From a phage, in sequence record NC_093711.1: a stretch of 41,519 bases of DNA; one strand, 5' to 3'. The position numbers and the translations under genes are program-made. The notes beneath the pieces are model-generated. The model saw only the letters and a list, made by a program, of their open reading frames with translations. It did no database searches and was not told where the DNA came from. How positions within the stretch are numbered: the first letter of the stretch is position 1; each line of letters begins with the position of its first letter. Shown here in pieces: positions 18,136 to 27,082 of the stretch.

Positions 18136-19211
18136 TATTCCCCTTTCAGATAATCAGCAACACGTTTATCGAGTTCCGCCATCTGCTTAAGCGTGAGCGG
18201 ATTCCCAAAACCATCTACAGATATTACGCGAAACTCTTCCGGCGATATACCGCTGTTACGGAAAATCTTACCTCGCACCGGGCCGAGCGCCTGGTCCTGA
18301 AACCATGCAGGTTGTTGTTTAAGGAACTCGTAATAAGTGGTGTCCGCGCTTACCTGAGTACCTCCGTCTGCACCTTTAGCCGCGCGTTTTGCGCCCTTAT
18401 CGAGGAAGTCGAACTCCGAACTGATTACAGGCGCAGTGGTGCTTCTGCACCCAAAATGGGCGGGGGGCATTGGCCCTTTACCGATTTCCCACGTCATTCC
18501 GTCTCTGGCTCTGCAAATCGTACTGGTACGGCTGTCCAGCGTTGACACCCACTCGTACTTCTCGATGATGTCGTCGTTCTGGCGGTACGTCTCGTTACGG
18601 GCTTCGTTGGACACGTGAGACAGCGCGGTGCGGATTACGGTAGCGGCATTACGTTCAGAGATGTCCGCCAGTCCGCCAGCGCCTACGATATTCTTAACAA
18701 TCTGCCGTGTGGTTTGGCCCTGCACAAAGCCCATCTTAACGCCGGTTACCAGGCGCGATACTTCGGTTTCACCCCAGCCGGACATCAGCTTAGTGAAATC
18801 AACGGGCTTGTCGCTTAACGATAAGGGCTGAAACTCGGCAGCGGCCCACACCTGCTCGGCGGTGGGTGTAACAAATTCCGCGTTAACGTTGGTGGTAAGT
18901 GTCTTTACGTTCCACTCAGCCTCATACGCCGCCAGTTCCTTGAGGTCTTCTGTCAGCTTTGTTTGCCAGTCACCTGTAAGTCCTGCCAGTGCGTCTTCCA
19001 GGTCACGTAACAGTTTATTCAGTCGCGCAGTGCTACGACCGTCGTCGCCGAATAACAGCACCTGCTGTTTTATTTCATCCCGCATCTCCTGAATAAACGG
19101 CGTAAGGTCTTTCACTTCGCCGGATGCGGTGCGTTGCAGCCATATCTGGTGGCTGATTAGAGATGTAAGTAAGCTCATAGATAAACCCTGTGGTACTAAA
19201 GTTAATAGCAT
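18135..19211 (-). CDS. head morphogenesis protein (Mu gpF / SPP1 gp7-like minor head protein)
   Basis: 358-aa ORF immediately downstream of the portal gene. Conserved-looking block TSTICRARDG...HFGCRST. Confidence 0.65.
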   Translation of the reverse strand: MLLTLVPQGLSMSLLTSLISHQIWLQRTASGEVKDLTPFIQEMRDEIKQQVLLFGDDGRSTARLNKLLRDLEDALAGLTGDWQTKLTEDLKELAAYEAEWNVKTLTTNVNAEFVTPTAEQVWAAAEFQPLSLSDKPVDFTKLMSGWGETEVSRLVTGVKMGFVQGQTTRQIVKNIVGAGGLADISERNAATVIRTALSHVSNEARNETYRQNDDIIEKYEWVSTLDSRTSTICRARDGMTWEIGKGPMPPAHFGCRSTTAPVISSEFDFLDKGAKRAAKGADGGTQVSADTTYYEFLKQQPAWFQDQALGPVRGKIFRNSGISPEEFRVISVDGFGNPLTLKQMAELDKRVADYLKGE

Positions 19212-19247
19212 ACTATAAGAAAGCCCCTTTCGGGGCTATATGTGAAC

Positions 19248-20846
19248 TTACGGCTGAGTGGTGTCCTGTTGCTGCGCCGACTGCGGAATCTCCCCCGCCA
19301 CCTGGGTAACAGCACCTAACGGCAGCGGCGCATCCTCGATAGCGTTCTGAATGTCCTCGTCTGTCCAGTCAGTTACCCCCGCCTTACGCAACGCAGCATA
19401 GTAAGCGGTAGCCGGTAACAGGCCCGCGTTAATATCCGCCATCCACTGAGCGCGGTCCTGGGCGGTCATTGGTTGCAGGAAGAACTCCATGTTCAGTTTG
19501 AACTCAATTTCAGTGCCGTCGCTAAGCCCAAGCATACCAGCAACCCACTTCAGCGCATCGGTATACGCCATGCTTACGTTACGTGCGATTGTTGCCATGA
19601 CGGACGTATCAGCGCCGCGTTGCAGGCGTGCCGATTCCGCGGTGATTTGCTGCGTCGGGGTAATAAGCTGTGCACCAATCTGGATTGCCTGGTTCTCTTT
19701 ATCCAACATGTTCTGCTTGGCTAGGTTGTTCTCACCGGCCTGGACCAGAAACGCATTGCCGCCGTAACCGATGTTATGGCCAGAACGTGACCCCATACGC
19801 ACTCCGTGAGGGTTAGCTTCTTTCCACTGCGCCATGCTCATATTCTCACCGGGGGCGATGAACAGAGTAGGCTGGCCCACAACGAAGCTGGACTCCTCAT
19901 TGTCCGCGCTGTTGCGGAAGTGCCCGATATTAAGTTCAGCCAACGGCAGCAAAGGTGCATCGTCAGGGGTTGGGTCGTTATTTCCCGCGCCGATGAACGT
20001 GAACGGAATCACCCCGACCGGAATATTACCGAGTTTCGGGAATATTTCGATATAGCCACCTTCCGTCAGTGCACCTTTCTGGTTAAAGCGGTACAGACGC
20101 TGGCGATACTGGCCTTCGAAAATATCAAGGACTCGGTATTGCTCGCCGTAGTTGGGGCTGAACTCATCCGCGCCATCGGTGTACTCGTATTCCTCACGCA
20201 ATACAACCATAACCACACGATTAACAGACCCGACGCGCTGGAGACGCCAGTTGATGATATTCTCTGCGGTGTAGAAAGCGATTGTTGGGTTTAGTAAACC
20301 CTCGTTTTGCTCTGCCATGGTAGCTACTTCTACCGCGGGGGCGTCAACCAGCAAACCACCGCGACCAACGGCATCAATCTCATACAGAGTATCCTGTGCG
20401 TGCTGCCACAGGCCAACGCCCGACCCGTCACAGTTAGTGGTCAGGTATTCCATCTGAGACGGAATAATCATCTCGGGGTCTTTGCGCATTACGCTGCCGA
20501 CCATGCCTGAAAGCGTTCGCTTGGTGAAGTTGTAGCAAATTGCCCCCGCTTCGTATTCAGCCTGACGCTGGCGACCGTAAACCGGGTCCGGCTCGTTCTT
20601 ACTGACGTCACGTAGATACGATGTCAGGTCGCCAGAAAGCGCATGTCGCACCTTCTGCCACTTAGGGAAATACTCTTCGTACTGGCGGTGGCGGGTTTTA
20701 ACGTTCCTCCCTTTGTAGTAGATAGATGTCAGGTCGCCAGAAAGCGCATGTCGCACCTTCTGCCACTTAGGGAAATACTCTTCGTACTGGCGGTGGCGGG
20801 TTTTAACGTTCTGCCCTTGCCCTGCGTTAATGTTTGCGGAAACCAT
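19248..20846 (-). CDS. portal protein
   Basis: 532-aa ORF immediately downstream of the large terminase gene. The N-terminus carries a 105-bp (35-aa) in-frame tandem duplication. Confidence 0.8.
   Translation of the reverse strand: MVSANINAGQGQNVKTRHRQYEEYFPKWQKVRHALSGDLTSIYYKGRNVKTRHRQYEEYFPKWQKVRHALSGDLTSYLRDVSKNEPDPVYGRQRQAEYEAGAICYNFTKRTLSGMVGSVMRKDPEMIIPSQMEYLTTNCDGSGVGLWQHAQDTLYEIDAVGRGGLLVDAPAVEVATMAEQNEGLLNPTIAFYTAENIINWRLQRVGSVNRVVMVVLREEYEYTDGADEFSPNYGEQYRVLDIFEGQYRQRLYRFNQKGALTEGGYIEIFPKLGNIPVGVIPFTFIGAGNNDPTPDDAPLLPLAELNIGHFRNSADNEESSFVVGQPTLFIAPGENMSMAQWKEANPHGVRMGSRSGHNIGYGGNAFLVQAGENNLAKQNMLDKENQAIQIGAQLITPTQQITAESARLQRGADTSVMATIARNVSMAYTDALKWVAGMLGLSDGTEIEFKLNMEFFLQPMTAQDRAQWMADINAGLLPATAYYAALRKAGVTDWTDEDIQNAIEDAPLPLGAVTQVAGEIPQSAQQQDTTQP
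20620..20810. repeat. 105-bp tandem direct duplication inside the portal gene
   Basis: An 86-nt segment at 20620-20705 is repeated exactly at 20725-20810 (period 105 nt), duplicating ...KGRNVKTRHRQYEEYFPKWQKVRHALSGDLTS in frame. Confidence 0.85.
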
Positions 20847-20857
20847 TTGTTGTCCTC

Positions 20858-22108
20858 TTAAAGTGCGAAAGTCACCGGGATGTTGATTACTGGTTTAACC
20901 ACCGGCATCTCGTAAACTACAGGATAGCCGAGAGCATCCGCCATATGGTCAATGATGCCGTCTTTAGCTGGCTCTCCGTTATCATCGTATGCCTGCTGCT
21001 CCAGCGTCTTCGCTATCTCGGGGCATAAGTGGTCGTTAACCCACAGCTTACCTTTTTCCAGTGCGGTATTCACGGCTAAAACACGGTCTTTAACCGGAGG
21101 GTTGGCGGATTTAGCGCGAACATCTAAACCTGCCTGCTGGAGTAACGCAATATCTGAGATTGACGCCGAGTTGGTCTTGCGGTTCTTGCCGCTGGCGTCC
21201 GGGTAAACGACTATGCGGTGGCCCTGCGACTTCCACTTCTCAGTAATTACGCGCACGGTATCCGGTGTATCGAACAGGCCTTTCAGTTCTGCTACCGCGT
21301 GCCAGCCGTCTTTACGTTGCACATACACGGCGCTTGCGTTCTTCGTAACGTTGAAGTCCTGCCCGATGTACAACGTGTCACCCGGTTGAATTACCTCTTT
21401 GCTGCGGTGCTTACGGCGGTCATATGCGTAATACACGCTGCCGGAGGTAAGGTTGACGAACTCACCATTCAGATACGCGTTAATCAACTGCGCCGGATAA
21501 GTCTCGGTCAGCGAACTAATGTAGTCAGGTGGCAGGAATCGCGCGTTCTCGTGTGTAGAAGCCTGCACCATCGAGTAACTCGGCGTCGGGTTCTCTTTGA
21601 ACTTGGCGTAGACGAACTTGAACCCTTCCGGTGTCGTGGTGACAGAGATGTGGTTAGTTACGCCGGGGATAACCAGACGCATACGGGCGACTATTTTGTT
21701 CCACGCCAGCTCAGCTTTCTCACGGCTCAATACATCAAGCTCATCCACGACCGCAGCAGCGATTTTGAAGCCGACTATCGAGCCTGGGTTATCCATAGAA
21801 CGGCAGATAACTGTACCGAGCACCGTCTTACCGCGAGTAACCACGACTTCTTTGTCGCCAGATTTAACCAGCACATCGAGGCCGAGCAGGTTAGCGGCTT
21901 CCTCAAATGTCGGGTAGAAGATGTCACGGATAGCCGGGTATGTCGGGCCGAAGTAACCCAGGCGCGTACCTGGATGCTTGAGCATAAACGTAAGCAGGTC
22001 AAGGCAGCCAACAAATGTCTTTCCGCTGCCGAAGCCGCCGACATATGCCTTATATTTGTTATCACAATTCAGGAACAGCGCCTGCGGTGCGGATAGCTGA
22101 ATACTCAT
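20858..22108 (-). CDS. terL: terminase large subunit
   Basis: 416-aa ORF with Walker A-like GGFGSGKT near the N-terminus and an acidic C-terminal nuclease-like region. Start overlaps the upstream stop (ATGA). Confidence 0.85.
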   Translation of the reverse strand: MSIQLSAPQALFLNCDNKYKAYVGGFGSGKTFVGCLDLLTFMLKHPGTRLGYFGPTYPAIRDIFYPTFEEAANLLGLDVLVKSGDKEVVVTRGKTVLGTVICRSMDNPGSIVGFKIAAAVVDELDVLSREKAELAWNKIVARMRLVIPGVTNHISVTTTPEGFKFVYAKFKENPTPSYSMVQASTHENARFLPPDYISSLTETYPAQLINAYLNGEFVNLTSGSVYYAYDRRKHRSKEVIQPGDTLYIGQDFNVTKNASAVYVQRKDGWHAVAELKGLFDTPDTVRVITEKWKSQGHRIVVYPDASGKNRKTNSASISDIALLQQAGLDVRAKSANPPVKDRVLAVNTALEKGKLWVNDHLCPEIAKTLEQQAYDDNGEPAKDGIIDHMADALGYPVVYEMPVVKPVINIPVTFAL

Positions 22109-22650
22109 TCCTCTACCTCACCCATATTCGTTGTTACAATTTTACCTACAGGCTCTGCAACACTAAAAATAATCTCGGTCGGTGCCGTTTCTTCGGTGGA
22201 TTCAACTGGTTTCTCTTTGCCGAGGCCCAGCTTAGCGGCAGCAAATGTAGCCGAGATGCCCGCGGCCCCCGTCTCAGTGAAGTATGCCTCTTCCAGTGCC
22301 TGTGCGGTCTCCCAGGCTTCTGCGAATGCTGGAATCTCACGCAGCCATAGCTTAATAATAGGGATAGTGGCGCCGATGTGTAAGGCAAAGCGGGCCAGTG
22401 ACGGAGGTTTATCCTGAATCAGCGGGCGTTCGTCACCCTTAGACGTAGGCACGAGTTCCCACGACGTGCGGTCGAAGAACTCGATTAGCGCGTCGCAATA
22501 ATCCGGGTCCCACAGCGCGGCGGAATTACGGGATGATTGATAAAGGCTCTGTTTACCGCGCGGTCGTTTACGTCGGCGGTTTGCGCTAACAGCTTCTTCA
22601 TGTGCAGCTTGCACCACCTCTGGCGATGGCTGCTTGAGTTTCAGCTTCAT
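22105..22650 (-). CDS. terS: terminase small subunit
   Basis: Immediately upstream of and coupled to terL. Likely start MKLKLKQ with an AAGGGGA Shine-Dalgarno; the track ORF extends to 22689. Confidence 0.55.
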   Translation of the reverse strand: MKLKLKQPSPEVVQAAHEEAVSANRRRKRPRGKQSLYQSSRNSAALWDPDYCDALIEFFDRTSWELVPTSKGDERPLIQDKPPSLARFALHIGATIPIIKLWLREIPAFAEAWETAQALEEAYFTETGAAGISATFAAAKLGLGKEKPVESTEETAPTEIIFSVAEPVGKIVTTNMGEVEE

Positions 22651-22746
22651 ATAATCCCCTTGCATATGCGTCTGACCATCAGAGCGCACCAGACGCGCCC
22701 TACGCGTCTAAAGGGATTATATAAGGTGATTGGGCAGGATGTACAG

Positions 22747-22768
22747 AAAAGCCCTCGGTAGAGGGCTT
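22747..22768 (-). terminator. rho-independent terminator between the early leftward region and the packaging genes
   Basis: Minus-strand hairpin AAGCCCTCTACCGAGGGCTT followed by TTTCTG. Confidence 0.55.
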
Positions 22769-22869
22769 GTATCAGTTATATAGGCCGTGGCGTGGTGCTC
22801 TTTTACCATCGCCGCCGTAATGGTCGTTAGCTACGGGAATGGCCCAGGCGTTAGGGATGATTAGTAGTC

Positions 22870-23028
22870 TCATTTGAAGAAACCATCCTTGACAAGCTGA
22901 CGGTATAGTTTAGCTGCGTAACGCTCTGCCTGGCCTTTGCGCCGAAATATTTTCCCATTAACTGAATACTTATTTAACTCTGGCTCGTACCAAACTTGGT
23001 TGTCGATGAACTCCAGAATACTAATCAT
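22870..23028 (-). CDS. small hypothetical protein (~52 aa), not in the ORF track
   Basis: Start overlaps the stop of the upstream gene (ATGA). MISILEFIDNQVWYEPE... Confidence 0.3.
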   Translation of the reverse strand: MISILEFIDNQVWYEPELNKYSVNGKIFRRKGQAERYAAKLYRQLVKDGFFK

Positions 23029-23261
23029 TCCCCACTCCCCTCTTTAGCAATACGTTGCTCTGTTTTAGTGATACCCCGGCGTGTGAATAACACCGGGCTT
23101 GTCTTAACGTGCGTCATCAGACGGTTGTTATAAATTACATGGCGCTCGCAGTTAACGTCTTTGCTGTACTTGGCAATCGTCATTTCGTTGATGCCGGTTT
23201 GTCGGCATGTCTCAGCCATCGTGCCAAATTCTTTAATCAGGTTTGGAATGCTGGTAATCAT
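23025..23261 (-). CDS. small HTH DNA-binding protein
   Basis: HTH-like segment ETCRQTGINEMTIAKYS. Probable start at the internal Met (MITSIPN); the track ORF extends to 23285. Confidence 0.45.
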   Translation of the reverse strand: MITSIPNLIKEFGTMAETCRQTGINEMTIAKYSKDVNCERHVIYNNRLMTHVKTSPVLFTRRGITKTEQRIAKEGSGE

Positions 23262-23430
23262 CCTAAGAAATTCCTCGTTGTCCACATCGCATTCGGATAT
23301 TTGTTATCGCGGTCCTGCACTACGGCAACCATGTTACCGCGTTGCACCAGGCAAAAGTGCCGTTGTTGCTCGCCGTTGTAACGACGCCAGATTGCCTCTT
23401 CGATTGCTGCGTTGATGTCACTGAACATAT

Positions 23431-23613
23431 TCATCCCACTATCTCATCACCGAGCCACGCCGTTTCTCGTATATCGTCGACCACACAAGCGGCGTGCTCA
23501 CGGCTAATTGCAAAAATGTAGAAGCTGAACTTCTTCCCGTCGGCGTCGATGTGGTTAACCGAGTATGGTTTCCACAGGACGCCATCGATAACTACGGGTT
23601 CAGGCGCTTTCAT
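23431..23613 (-). CDS. hypothetical protein
   Basis: 60-aa ORF within the chain of coupled early ORFs. Confidence 0.4.
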   Translation of the reverse strand: MKAPEPVVIDGVLWKPYSVNHIDADGKKFSFYIFAISREHAACVVDDIRETAWLGDEIVG

Positions 23614-23848
23614 ACGCTTTACCGCATTTTAAGCATGTGACTCGATGCTCCCCATCAACTAAATGCAGGCGGTAATCATGCTCGCAGGCGTTCATCTTTT
23701 CCTCTTCTCCTCTCAACAACATGAGAAGAACCTTAAATGCGGCTAACTGGTACTCACCGTTAATCGACAGTTGCCCGCCTAACGTCTGTTTCTCCGACTC
23801 AAGCACCAGAATACGGCGCTCGAGCGATGCGATTGTGATTTTAGGCAT
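23600..23848 (-). CDS. small zinc-ribbon protein (CEH...CxKCG family)
   Basis: C-terminal motif CEHDY-x10-CLKCG. Probable start MPKITIASLE; the track ORF extends to 23911. Confidence 0.45.
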   Translation of the reverse strand: MPKITIASLERRILVLESEKQTLGGQLSINGEYQLAAFKVLLMLLRGEEEKMNACEHDYRLHLVDGEHRVTCLKCGKAYESA

Positions 23849-24086
23849 GACGCTGTACCCCGCATTTAATACACTGCCCATACATATCCTTCGGATTGTA
23901 GTCGAACTCATGTTCGCACTTGTTCAGGTTGAAGCGGTTAATCAGTTCACGGCGCGTCTCATAAAGCGACTCAACCATTTGCTCAGCTACCGCGATTTTA
24001 GTATTCAGGACGTGCATCACGTGTCCGATGTCTACGCCGCCGTTAACAGCCTCTACCATCATCTTTTCGTATTCGCGGTCAGTCAT
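23841..24086 (-). CDS. small zinc-ribbon protein (CEH...CxKCG family)
   Basis: 81-aa ORF with C-terminal CEHEF-x10-CIKCG, paralogous to the downstream gene. Confidence 0.5.
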   Translation of the reverse strand: MTDREYEKMMVEAVNGGVDIGHVMHVLNTKIAVAEQMVESLYETRRELINRFNLNKCEHEFDYNPKDMYGQCIKCGVQRHA

Positions 24087-24241
24087 TCTTTACGCTCTCC
24101 CCACATGCGATTAAGATACTTGTTCTTGTCCGGCCCAGGGAAACTGTTACGTTTCATCAGTTCCTCTCGTGTCGGGAACGGGGTGCGGTTGACTTTCTTC
24201 CCGGCGGATGGTGTCGTGATATTTCCTTCTGACTCGCTCAT
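24083..24241 (-). CDS. small hypothetical protein (~52 aa), not in the ORF track
   Basis: AGGAG Shine-Dalgarno; stop overlaps the next start (ATGA). Confidence 0.3.
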   Translation of the reverse strand: MSESEGNITTPSAGKKVNRTPFPTREELMKRNSFPGPDKNKYLNRMWGERKE

Positions 24242-24387
24242 TTCTTCTCTCCTGCGTAAGCTGCTTTAAGTGTCTGCATCGCAGCGAACCAGAACGCGTC
24301 CGCTGGAATGCTGTTGCTCAGGTTACTAACGGCGATGCGTGCCATCAGTTGTGCGTCTTTGAATGCTTCGATGTCTGTGATTTTCAT
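24238..24387 (-). CDS. small hypothetical protein (~49 aa), not in the ORF track
   Basis: AAGGGG Shine-Dalgarno; coupled to the downstream ORF. Confidence 0.3.
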   Translation of the reverse strand: MKITDIEAFKDAQLMARIAVSNLSNSIPADAFWFAAMQTLKAAYAGEKK

Positions 24388-24544
24388 TTTCCAAACACCC
24401 CTTTAGCTTTCAGATTATTGCGGTAGAACTGCATCACATGCTCATTATGAAAGTTACTCATCTTCTCTACTCCGTTCTCGTTGTCGATGGAGTAAATATA
24501 ATAGGGTCTAAGGTAATAGTCAACTAGTCATTACAGAAAACAGA

Positions 24545-24576
24545 TAAAAAAAATCCCGGCTGGGTCAGGGCCGGGA
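24545..24576 (-). terminator. strong rho-independent terminator downstream of the lysis cassette
   Basis: Minus-strand hairpin ATCCCGGCCCTGACCCAGCCGGGAT followed by T8. Confidence 0.7.
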
Positions 24577-24808
24577 TAAAACTGGAGAGCAGAGGGATGG
24601 AACAGGAGGTGATTTAAGTATCGGCGGATTAGTCTCAGGTGTCAATTGGTAAAATAAAACCCGGATTCGCGGTCCAGGTTTCGGTCATAAGCCCCTGAAC
24701 CCTACGCAGTCTCCACCGCTTGGGCTGCTGCTTCGGGTTTACCGGGGCTTAGTATGCAAGCACAAGCAGCGTAGGGATAAGTTTACTAAACGCCTTCGTA
24801 TTCGTCCA

Positions 24809-25294
24809 TCATTTAACAGCCCTCCCAATAGCCTCAGCCTCTTGCCACGGTTTACCGTCGAACAGCGCCAGACGCCCGGCTGTACGGCGACGCAGGCCAA
24901 GTAGTGGTTTGCCGTTCTGGTTGATGAACAGCGCCAGCTTAGCCCGCAGTGTTGCAGTATCACCAGAACGCAGTGCCTTGCCTGTGCCCGTAGTAGACGC
25001 AATCACGCCAGCACCTGCGTTATACACCAGGTCACACACCGCATCGAACTGTGCCTGTGTAAGCGAATGGTGCGCCGCGGCATCAACCGCAGCTACGGCT
25101 TTAGACATATCGCGATTCAGTAACAGGAGGCCTTGCCCCGGGGTGATGGTCTTACCCGGGGTTACGTCCGGTCCGTAGTGCCCGTAGCCAATAGTCAGGT
25201 ACTTCTCGTTCGACGTAGCACGATACGCAGTTCCACGGAACCCCTCGAACGCGGCGGTAAAATGCAATCCATTATCTGAAATGTTTCGAGACAT
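24809..25294 (-). CDS. endolysin, phage lysozyme family (T4/P22 gp19-like muramidase)
   Basis: Catalytic-region pattern FEGFRGTAYR...YLTIGYGHYG and downstream helical domain. Probable start MSRNISDNG with a GGAGGG Shine-Dalgarno; the track ORF extends to 25345. Confidence 0.75.
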   Translation of the reverse strand: MSRNISDNGLHFTAAFEGFRGTAYRATSNEKYLTIGYGHYGPDVTPGKTITPGQGLLLLNRDMSKAVAAVDAAAHHSLTQAQFDAVCDLVYNAGAGVIASTTGTGKALRSGDTATLRAKLALFINQNGKPLLGLRRRTAGRLALFDGKPWQEAEAIGRAVK

Positions 25295-25544
25295 GCTTAT
25301 GCCCTCCGTATGACAGCCACGCCTGGCGAATCTGGCGCAGCGCAACTAATGTGATTAACGTCTCAGGCAGCGTCGGCGACATGCCGCCTTGTAACAGGTG
25401 GATACATCCGGCGGCGCAGACGATAGCAGTCAGGATATAGAGCACCCGACCGAACAGCCCGTCGTCCACGCTGGGGTGATATACATTAAACAGCGATGTG
25501 CCCCCGATTGCCAGCATACCGCCGAACCAGAATAACTCATTCAT
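25272..25544 (-). CDS. small membrane protein (holin/antiholin-like, 2 TM)
   Basis: From the internal Met MNELFWFGG: two hydrophobic helices and a charged C-terminus. Lies between the holin and endolysin genes. Confidence 0.5.
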   Translation of the reverse strand: MNELFWFGGMLAIGGTSLFNVYHPSVDDGLFGRVLYILTAIVCAAGCIHLLQGGMSPTLPETLITLVALRQIRQAWLSYGGHKHVSKHFR

Positions 25545-25845
25545 CCGGGCCTCCTCGACGTGCGATGTATTCTCCGGCGACGATACCAGAGAGGCGGGAA
25601 TAGATAGGCATCCAGAGAATAGCGATGATGAATCCGAGGCCAGCGATTTCACGGTCGCCCGTGATGCCAAACCATTGAGCCGCGAGAGGGGCGCCAAATA
25701 CGGCGCAGGTAAAGCCGGTTGCAATAAAGCAGAAGCCATCGATAGGGCCAGAAATAACGGACTTATGTTGTCGTAGTCCGATGACCCCTCCGGCGAGTGC
25801 GGCAGCGAGAAGCCAGCCTGTCACTGTTTCAGTAAATTTATCCAA
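25537..25845 (-). CDS. holin (3 predicted TM segments)
   Basis: 102-aa ORF with three hydrophobic segments and a charged C-terminal tail, immediately upstream of the lysis genes. Confidence 0.55.
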   Translation of the reverse strand: MDKFTETVTGWLLAAALAGGVIGLRQHKSVISGPIDGFCFIATGFTCAVFGAPLAAQWFGITGDREIAGLGFIIAILWMPIYSRLSGIVAGEYIARRGGPDE

Positions 25846-25904
25846 GATGAATCCTCCAGGTGCGTATTAAGTATGCAGTAACTGGAGGATACCACGGGTA
25901 GGAA

Positions 25905-26345
25905 TTATCCTAATAGTTGTTTGGTAATAATCTTGCCGCCGGTGTTAGTGTCAAACTTCGATGCGACGGCTACACCACCATGTGCCGAATACCCGCATTC
26001 CATAGCTGCTAATGCATAAGGAGAACCGGAGCCAACGGCGGCAAAGCCGTCTGCAATTGGAATAACCGAACTAAGTGCACAATCCCAAGATTTGTAGAAC
26101 GCGACTTTATACACCTTTTCTGTGTCTTTCACGAACACCAGGGCTTCGAAATCGAAGTCGTAGTGCCGTGCCTGAAGAATACCCTGACAATCGATAAGCA
26201 TAGTGCCTACCCCCGCATCGCCAGCTACCCCGATAACAGCAAAATCATTCTCATATATCTTTGTGTCTGTGTTGTAACAGTTACTCCCACACACAACACG
26301 CGTATCACAGGCCATTGTCTTTCCGTCAAACGCGATAGTAGTCAT
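25905..26345 (-). CDS. HslV / proteasome beta-subunit-like Ntn-hydrolase
   Basis: 146-aa ORF starting MTTIAFDG (Thr right after Met), with internal GD and a GSGSPYA motif resembling the HslV GSGGPYA motif. Shorter than HslV (~175 aa). Confidence 0.55.
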   Translation of the reverse strand: MTTIAFDGKTMACDTRVVCGSNCYNTDTKIYENDFAVIGVAGDAGVGTMLIDCQGILQARHYDFDFEALVFVKDTEKVYKVAFYKSWDCALSSVIPIADGFAAVGSGSPYALAAMECGYSAHGGVAVASKFDTNTGGKIITKQLLG

Positions 26346-26635
26346 TTATGTCTCCAGATGTATTGCCGTCTCTGCGGTTTCGTCGGAATATCATCGTATC
26401 CGAGCGATTTCCAGTAATTAAATAGCCGATTAGCGATTGCGGCGCGTTCCTGTGTTTTAAACTCACCAAGATTCACGGCCTTCCCGTTCTGGAATCCACA
26501 GGCTCGGATAGCTTTACGTCGGGCCTGAATCTCAGGGTACAGAGCGTTACGGCGGCGCTTGTATACCCGTGTTTTAGCTCTCGGCGCCAGCGGCGCAAGG
26601 CCGCTTCGTTTCAGGATGTCAGTTGCGAGGCTCAT
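26342..26635 (-). CDS. hypothetical basic protein
   Basis: 97-aa Arg/Lys-rich ORF; its stop overlaps the start of the HslV-like gene. Confidence 0.4.
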   Translation of the reverse strand: MSLATDILKRSGLAPLAPRAKTRVYKRRRNALYPEIQARRKAIRACGFQNGKAVNLGEFKTQERAAIANRLFNYWKSLGYDDIPTKPQRRQYIWRHK

Positions 26636-26697
26636 TCACATACACGCCATAAGAAACATACATACGCCAAGTATGGATAGCACAACTATAAGCCCCA

Positions 26698-26886
26698 TCA
26701 CTCCACCCCTTCCACATGTGTAACTGACCCACAGTTCGCGCACTCGACGTAATCCGGGAACTGGTCTTTGTATTTCTGTAACTCAGCTTCGAGTTTCGCG
26801 TAATCTTCGTAAAGCACTAACACGCCCTCAACATCAGGAGTAAACCCGAATATCTGGTCGTAGGTATATCTCTGTACCATAATCAC
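26698..26886 (-). CDS. hypothetical protein
   Basis: 62-aa ORF with an AGGAG Shine-Dalgarno and a C-terminal CANCG. Confidence 0.4.
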   Translation of the reverse strand: MIMVQRYTYDQIFGFTPDVEGVLVLYEDYAKLEAELQKYKDQFPDYVECANCGSVTHVEGVE

Positions 26887-27082
26887 TTCTCCTGATTGCC
26901 AAGTCGCTTAGGTGAGCAGATAGCGCGTACCTCTGAATCGTTGGGCTTGTCGCCCTGAAACAGGAAGTGTGCGTTCTCTGCGGCGCGTGCCGCTGACTGG
27001 CACGCCTCCATCGAATAAAACGTTTATGATGCCGCTAGTTGCATCTGGCCAGCAGTTAGCACCCAGATAAATAAGATGCTGG

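Noticed and set aside
24600-24700. Possible tRNA gene in the non-coding region downstream of the endolysin
   Set aside because: No cloverleaf could be built by eye: no canonical T-loop (GTTCRANYC) or matching acceptor stem.
24739-25002. Minus-strand 87-aa ORF overlapping the endolysin gene in another frame
   Set aside because: Entirely within the endolysin coding region; Arg/Leu-rich composition typical of an out-of-frame artefact.
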